From the NCBI RefSeq assembly GCF_009914755.1, contig NC_060943.1: a DNA stretch of 64,000 nucleotides. One strand, written 5' to 3'. Shown here piece after piece: positions 54,118 through 64,000 of the stretch (within the stretch, counting starts at the first letter, position 1; every line of letters starts with the position of its first letter). Below the pieces are notes generated by a model that ran no database searches, was not told where the DNA came from, and saw only the letters and a program-made list of their open reading frames with translations. The translations under genes and the position numbers were made by a program. Source of the stretch: the human T2T-CHM13v2.0 reference genome, Homo sapiens.

Positions 54118-55311
54118 TAGTAGAGATGGGGCTTAAACATTGGTCAGGCTGGTCTCAAACACCCGACCTCAGGTGATCCACCCACCTCAGCCTCCCTAAG
54201 TGCTGGGATTACAGGCATGAGCTACTGCACCAAGCCTATAACAGTTTTTTAATCCTGTCTAGATGAGTAGTCATAAAAAATCTCCTAATTTCAACATCTA
54301 TTTATTTGTGAATCTACATTGTTTTGTGTGAAAGAAACACTTTTGGATTTGAAGATAATTTAAAAACTATAATAACTCTGTATCTCTCTTAGGTATTATT
54401 TTTACTTATGTATTTTGTGTCAAAAACATAACAAAATTTACAATAAAATATTTCTAGGCCGGGTGCAGTGGCTCACTGAGTGATATTCCAGTATTTTTGT
54501 ACCTACTGAATGATTTGGTGACAGAAATTTGCATTGCTTTTACCTATTGGCTTTCAGTCACAATGCTGCAATAGTTATGTGAAAGTTAATATATGTACTG
54601 CATTCTGTTTTATTTTTCTAATTTTTCACCTTTATACTCATACCAATTGTTTTAATTCTGTAGCTTTTTGATGTGTTTTGAAATCAGAAATGGTAAAGCC
54701 TCCAACGTTGTTCCTTTTTTTGAAGATTGTTGGGTACTTTCTTGTCTCTTTAGATTCCATATACTTTTGGATTTGTTGTTTTTATTTCTTCAAAAATGCA
54801 ATGAGACATTTGAAAAACATTGAGTTAAATCTGTAGATTAAATTGAGCAGTACAGACATCTTCACAGTATTAATTCTTTCTTTTTTGGTTGTTTGTTTTT
54901 GAGATGGAGTTAAATTCACCCACCTCGGCCTCCCAAAGTGCTGGGATTACAGGCATGAGCCACCGCACCCAGCCCAGTAATTTCAACAAGTGCATGCTCA
55001 AGAGTGTGTCATATGATTTCTATATATTTGTAAATTTATCAAATATTTATATTATTGTTTTATATTCTAATTTCATTTTTTGTCATAGAAAGTAATCTAT
55101 AAAATCTACATTTTAGAAAATGTGTTGAGGCTGGGCGCGGTGGCTCATACCTGTACTCCCTGCACTTGGGAGGCCAACGCAGGCAGATCACCTGAGGTAA
55201 GGAGTTCAAGACCAGCCTGACCAACATGGAGAAACCGTGCCTCTACTAAAAATACAAAATTAGCTGGGCGTGGTGGTGCATGCCTGTAATCCCAGCTACT
55301 CAGGAGCCTCA

Positions 55312-55539
<228 letters not shown>

Positions 55540-56870
55540 TCATTAGAAATAAGTGTTTTTTACTGCCTTCTAGTCCTCTGTTCCATTACTAATATTATGT
55601 CTTGTTTTATTATTATTACAGAAAGTGGGGTATTGAAATATCCTACTATAATTATATTGCTCTCTCTGTGTTTATCCAATTTTGTTAGTGTTTGCTTTAT
55701 ATATTTGAAACCCTAGTTTGAGACACACACACACAAATACACACATGGATAAATAAATTTGTCATAGGTTCTCAGTGAATGAATCTATATATTATTTAAT
55801 GTCCTTTGTCTTTCTGAAGTTTGAACTTAAAGTACATTCTATAAAATATGACAGTTTTTGACTTAACATGTATCTTGTATAATATTATTTTGACCTCTTC
55901 TACTCTCATTTGGTTAATATTTACGTGACATTTCTACTTCCATTATTTCACTTTCAGTCTTTTTTGTCATTAGATTTCAACTGAGTCCTGTAGAAAGGCA
56001 AGTTGAACATTGATTTTAAACATTTTTTAATAAACCTGTTTATTGAAAGTATGTCTCTTGATTGGAAAGATAATTATATATATATTTAAATGGTTTTCTG
56101 AAAGAGAAAAACTTACTAATGTTATATTATTAATCATTTTATTTGATTCTATCTTTTTCTCTCATTTTCTCTTTCTGTCTTTTTTTGTGTTTTTTTATTT
56201 CTGTATTGATATGCTTTCAGTTTTTTTCTTACTTTCTTTTGTGTATCTATATAAATATTTTCTTAGATACCTTGGGGGATTACATAAAACCTCTGAAAGA
56301 TCCAACAATATATTTGAATATGGTAAAAAACTAACTTCAATTGCATACAAAAATTCTTCATCATTACGTCTGCCTTCAACTTTGTTATTGATTTTGCTAA
56401 TTTTATTTTTTTATGTTTTATGTTCATTAACAGATGTTTATAATCATGTCTATACTTTTACCTTTTAAATTTTAGAGAATAATTAAAAATGTTTTCTGTA
56501 TCATTATGATAATGTTAAGTAATAAATTTCATTTTTGTGTATGTGCATATTGCATTATGTTATTTTCAGTGAAAGAACCTCCTTTCAGCATCTTTGATAT
56601 GTAGAGCATATGCAATGTCAATATACTTTCTCAGGATTTGGTTATTTTGGAAGGACGTCTTTGTATTTGGTAGTACAATTTTGCTGATGGTATTATTCCC
56701 ACTTGACAGCTTTTTAAAAATTATTATAACTTTAACAATATCACACAGTTTCCTTCTGACTTGCAAATTTTTTTTTGATAAATTCACTGGTTATCTCATG
56801 AGACTATGCTTATAAATGAAACATTTTTATATTGTAGTGCCCAAAATTCTTTTCTCATATGCCATTTTGA

Positions 56871-57275
<405 letters not shown>

Positions 57276-58505
57276 TGATCTTGAGCTCCTGACCTCAAAT
57301 GATCCACCCACTTTGGCCTCCTGAAGTGCTGGGATTACAGGCACGAGCCACAAAGCCCAGCCTTTTTCATTGTATTTTTGAGACAGTGTTGCTCAGGCTG
57401 CAGTACAGTGGTACAATCTCCACTCACTGCAACATTCCCCTCCCAGGTTCAAGCAGTTCTCCTGTGTCAGCCTCCCAAGTAGCTGTGATTACAGGCAAAT
57501 GCCACCATGCCCAGCTAATCTTTGTATTTTTAGTAGATACAGGGTTTCATCATGTTGGCCAGGGTGGTGTCAAACTCCTGACTTCATGTGATTTTCCCAC
57601 CTTGATCTCCCAGTGTGTTGGGATTCCAGAAATGAGCCACTAACCCTGGCCTGTTCAATCTATTTTGAATTTTTAAAATTACTTTCTATACTTTCTATGG
57701 TTGCTTTAGAAAATTTTATGTTTTTGATGGGGCCATATTGTTCTAATATTTGGTATACATTATAATCTTTGATTGAGATTTGGACATTAACAAAAAGCTA
57801 CCTGTTACAATCTTTATAATATAGCTTTGTGTTTGCGTAGTCTGAAGTCAATTGTCTTGGCTAAAGATTCTGGGAATTCCTCAAACATGTTTTTAGGATG
57901 TATCTTGTCTAAAATTTTGTTTTTATTGTTTAGATAAATCAGCTTGTTCACATTTCTTCTTAATAATCTGTAATCACTTGCCACACCCATTCCCTGTTTG
58001 GGGTACTGCAGTTTCTCTGCTTCTCTGTAATATACCTTCAGACTCAGCAGACTCAAACTGTCATTCCAACATGTATCACCATTTCTTTCAGCATTTTATG
58101 TCACGAGAGACATTAACTAATGTCTAAGAAAGCCCCTAGAAGCCAGAAATAAAGATATATGTGCCAATATTTTTCTAGTTTTTTTTTGTTTTGTTTTTAA
58201 AAACGAGGGGTTGGCAATTTACGTGTGTGTGTATGTGTGAGACAGAGTCTCACTCTGTTACCTAGGCTGGAGTGCAGTGGCATGATCTTGGCTCACTACA
58301 ATCTCTGCCACCACAGTTCAAGCAATTCTCCTGCCTCAGCCTCCCAAGTAGCTAGGATTACACATATCTGTTACCAAGCCTGGCTAATTTTTTGTATTTT
58401 TAGTAGAGATGGGATTTCACCATGTTAGTCAGGCTGGTCTCAACCTCCTGATCTCAGATAATCCTCCCGCCTTGCCCTCCCAAAGTTCTGAGATTACAGG
58501 CTTGA

Positions 58506-58752
<247 letters not shown>

Positions 58753-59136
58753 TGAACTCCTGACCTCAAGTCATCCACCCACATCAGCCTCCCAAAGTGC
58801 TGGGATTACAGGTATAAGCCACCACATCCATTTGGCAATTTACTTTTGAAGACACAATCTTATATGGAGAGCAGGAAGAGCTGTGTTGGGTATAAGTAAC
58901 AGACCTCTTTTTCTTCTATGTGGCTCTTTGCATTGTGCTCACTTGGGGCCCTTCACACACTTAACTCATTTATACATTTTTTACAAACGTTTTTTGGTCA
59001 GTATGTTTTTGTTACATTTATATGTCCAGGAAGAAATTACAGCTTATGGTATTTTGCTATGTCATCTTGCTTATGTAGTTTGTATAGTTTTATAGGTTAG
59101 ATTTGTAAAGTATATTTATCTGAGTCTAGCAACTGA

Positions 59137-59861
<725 letters not shown>

Positions 59862-60257
59862 TGACTTAAAGTACATTTTATAAAATATGACAGTTTTTGA
59901 CTTAAGATGTAGCTTGTGTAATATTATTCTGAGCTCTTCTGCTCTCATTTGGTTAATATTTACATGAAATTTCTACTTCCATCTTTCCACTTTCAGTCTT
60001 TTTTTCTCATTAGATCTCAACTAACTCTTGTAGAAAGGCAAGTTGAATCTTGATTTAAAAATTTTTTAATAAACCTTTATATTGAAAGTATGTCTGTTGA
60101 TTGGAAAGATAATTATATATATATAAAAATGGTTTTTTGAAAGAGAAAAACTTACTAATGTTATTTTATTAATTGTGTTATTTGATTTTTGTATCTTTGT
60201 CTCTCATTTTCTCTTTCTTTTTTGTGTTTTTTTATTTTTATTTTTATATTGACATGC

Positions 60258-61138
60258 TGTAGGGAGACCCCCTGAAACTATGGCTATGGAATGAAAGATG
60301 AAATGCTCCTGATAGTTGTAAATACAAAATTACATGCAGGATTGTGTAAAGACAATGCCAGGTTGGGCTGCCAGAATGAGCCAACAGTGCGTGATGTGCT
60401 TCGCCCTGCAGAGAGCCTATAAACGGATGTGCAGTCAGGAAGGTTTCACATCACCAAGATTCCTATCCCAGAAAAGCAGATATTCATAGCTCTGGGAATG
60501 GAATGCGACCCTTGTGGAGAGCCTACAAATGGATGCATGAGGGGTGCCTGTTCATATGGATAACATCGGGCTATAAACGCCCTTATCTTGCCATGGCTCT
60601 TCTAGGTCTCTTTAGGGTTAAGACATACTCCCTTCTGAGAATTTGTGGTCTAATCGGTTGTCTAGTTTTACATCCTCCTTTTATTGATTGTTTGCAACCA
60701 GCTTTTGCTGTAATTATTACTACTGATTAATATCTTGCTCATCATTAATCATAGATTATGGAGAGACGGGGTTTCCGTTTTAAGGCTCTGTTAAAAATTG
60801 CTGATGCACACACTATATTGTAAATTCTTATCTCTGTATACTGTACTTCTGCATATTGATGTTATGTTAAAGAATTACTTCATTCCCATGTGACCATCTC
60901 ACCTCATAATCAAACGACTCTAAATCCCTCATTAACCTACCCCCACCCTCACTAAACTTAATAATAAATGCTGGTATATCCAGTGCATTGGCAGCATGGC
61001 AGGACCAGAAGGCGGTGACCCTCCTGGACTCAGCTTTCACTATCTTGTGTGTGTCTTTTATTTCTTCACCTGCCGATCCACCTGGGAACAAAGAAAGAGC
61101 CCCATTGCATTGCGGGCTGCTGGCCAGATCCCGCAATA
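60258..61138 (+). mobile_element. Solo MER11D LTR (HERV-K11D/HML-7)
   Basis: tgtagggagaccccctgaaacta...ggccagatcccgcaata; perfect 6-bp TSD acatgc; empty site in copy 1 at ~56209-56214. Confidence 0.88.
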
Positions 61139-61934
61139 ACATGCTTTCTGTTTTTGTCTTATTTCTTTTTTATGTATCTATACAGATATTTTCTAAGTGG
61201 TACTTTCAAGGATTACATAAAACCTCTAAAAGATCCAACAATATATTTGTTTGTGATAAAGAATCAGCTTCAGTTGCATACAAAAATTCTTCATCATTAC
61301 ATCAGCCTTCAACTTTGTTATGATTTTGCTAATTATATTTTTTATGTTGTATATTCATTAACAGATGTTTATAGTAATTCCTATACTTTTATCTTTTAAA
61401 TTTTAGAAAATAACTAACAATGTTTTCTGCACCATTATGATAATGTTAAGTAAGAACTTTTATTTTTGTGTATGTACATATTTTTTCCAGAAATTTATGT
61501 ATTTTCATATGATTAAGTGTTGTTTTCTTGCATTATATTATTTTCAGTGGAAGAAACTCCTTTCAGCATCTTTGATATGTAGGACATATGCAGTGCCAAT
61601 ATACTTTCTCAGGATTTGGTTACTTTGGAAGGACTTCTTTTTATTTGAGAGTACAATTTTCCTGATATTCTCATTCCCACTTGACAGTTTTTTTTTAATT
61701 ATAACTTTAACAATATCACATAGCTTCCTTCTGACCTGCAAATTTTTTAATAAATTCACTGATTATCTCATGAAACCATGCTTATAAATAACACATCATT
61801 TTTATCTTGCACCTCCCAAAATTCTCTTCTTCTTATCTGTGATTTTTGAAATTTTATTTATATGTGTATTTGTTATGAATATCTTTGGTGTATCCTAGTT
61901 TGTTTAGCTTCTTCATCTTTATATCATGTTTTAA

Positions 61935-62370
<436 letters not shown>

Positions 62371-63020
62371 TGAATATTATTCAATATATTTGATTTGATT
62401 TGATTTGATTTGATTTATTTATTATTCTTTTTGTTTTCTGAGACGGAGTCTCTTTCTGTTGCCCAGGCTGGAGTGCAGTGGCACAATTTTGGCTCACTGC
62501 AACCTCCGCCTCCTGGGTTCAAGCAACTCTCTCCCTCAGTCTCTCGAGTAGCTGGGACTACAAGCACCCAATACCATGACCGGCTAATTTTTTGTATTTT
62601 TAGCAGAGATGGGGTTTCACTATCTTGGCTGGTCTTGAACTCCTGACCTCATGATCCACCGATGTCAGCCTATCAAAGAGCTGGGATTACTGGCATGAGC
62701 CACCAAGTCCAGCCAGCTTTTTACTTTTAAAAGCACAATGTTATACTGGAGAGCAGGAGGACCTGTGTTGGGTATAAGTAACAGACTTTACTTTTTCTTC
62801 TATGTGGCTGTTTGCATTGTGCTCACCTGGGGCCGTTCATACACGTAACTTATTTATAAATTTGTTACAAATGTATTTTGGTCAGTATGTTTTTGTTAAA
62901 TTTATATGTCCAGCAAGAAATTACAGCTTGTGGTATTTTCCTATGTCATCTTGCTTATGTAGTTTGTATAATTTTATAGGTTAGATTTGTAAAGTATATT
63001 TATCTGAGTCTAGCAATTGA

Positions 63021-64000
<980 letters not shown>

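Overview
Primate (almost certainly human) genomic DNA from the ZNF91-subfamily KRAB zinc-finger cluster; the exons match ZNF626 (19p12) as I recall its protein sequence. The left half (1-29.5 kb, minus strand) holds the ZNF626 CpG-island promoter, exon 1 (ATG only), the KRAB-A and KRAB-B exons and an alternative terminal exon giving a 92-aa KRAB-only protein. Its zinc-finger exon lies outside the window, beyond a sense-oriented L1PA4-like element that keeps the ~129-bp ZNF93-binding segment. After a ~4.2-kb spacer of broken retroelements, the right half (33.4-59.8 kb, plus strand) is a head-to-head inverted paralog of the same gene. This paralog is a pseudogene: promoter and exon 1 are lost, KRAB-A is deleted, the KRAB-B acceptor is mutated, and the finger exon is frameshifted and truncated. 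It is fused at ~59.84 kb to the 3' part of a second disabled ZNF copy. The rest is about 55 Alus, L1 fragments and solo LTRs (LTR2B, LTR10, MER11, LTR22, MER11D, MST and others). There are no RNA genes or CRISPR arrays, and nearly all ORF-track entries are repeat artefacts. I see no proven new system. The best candidates are (i) a possible KZFP/L1-controlled switch between KRAB-only and full-length ZNF626 and (ii) three copies of the intron-1 CpG/YY1 module, one captured inside an LTR and one surviving as an orphan CpG island. Repeat subfamily names are from memory of consensus sequences, and all alignments were done by eye.
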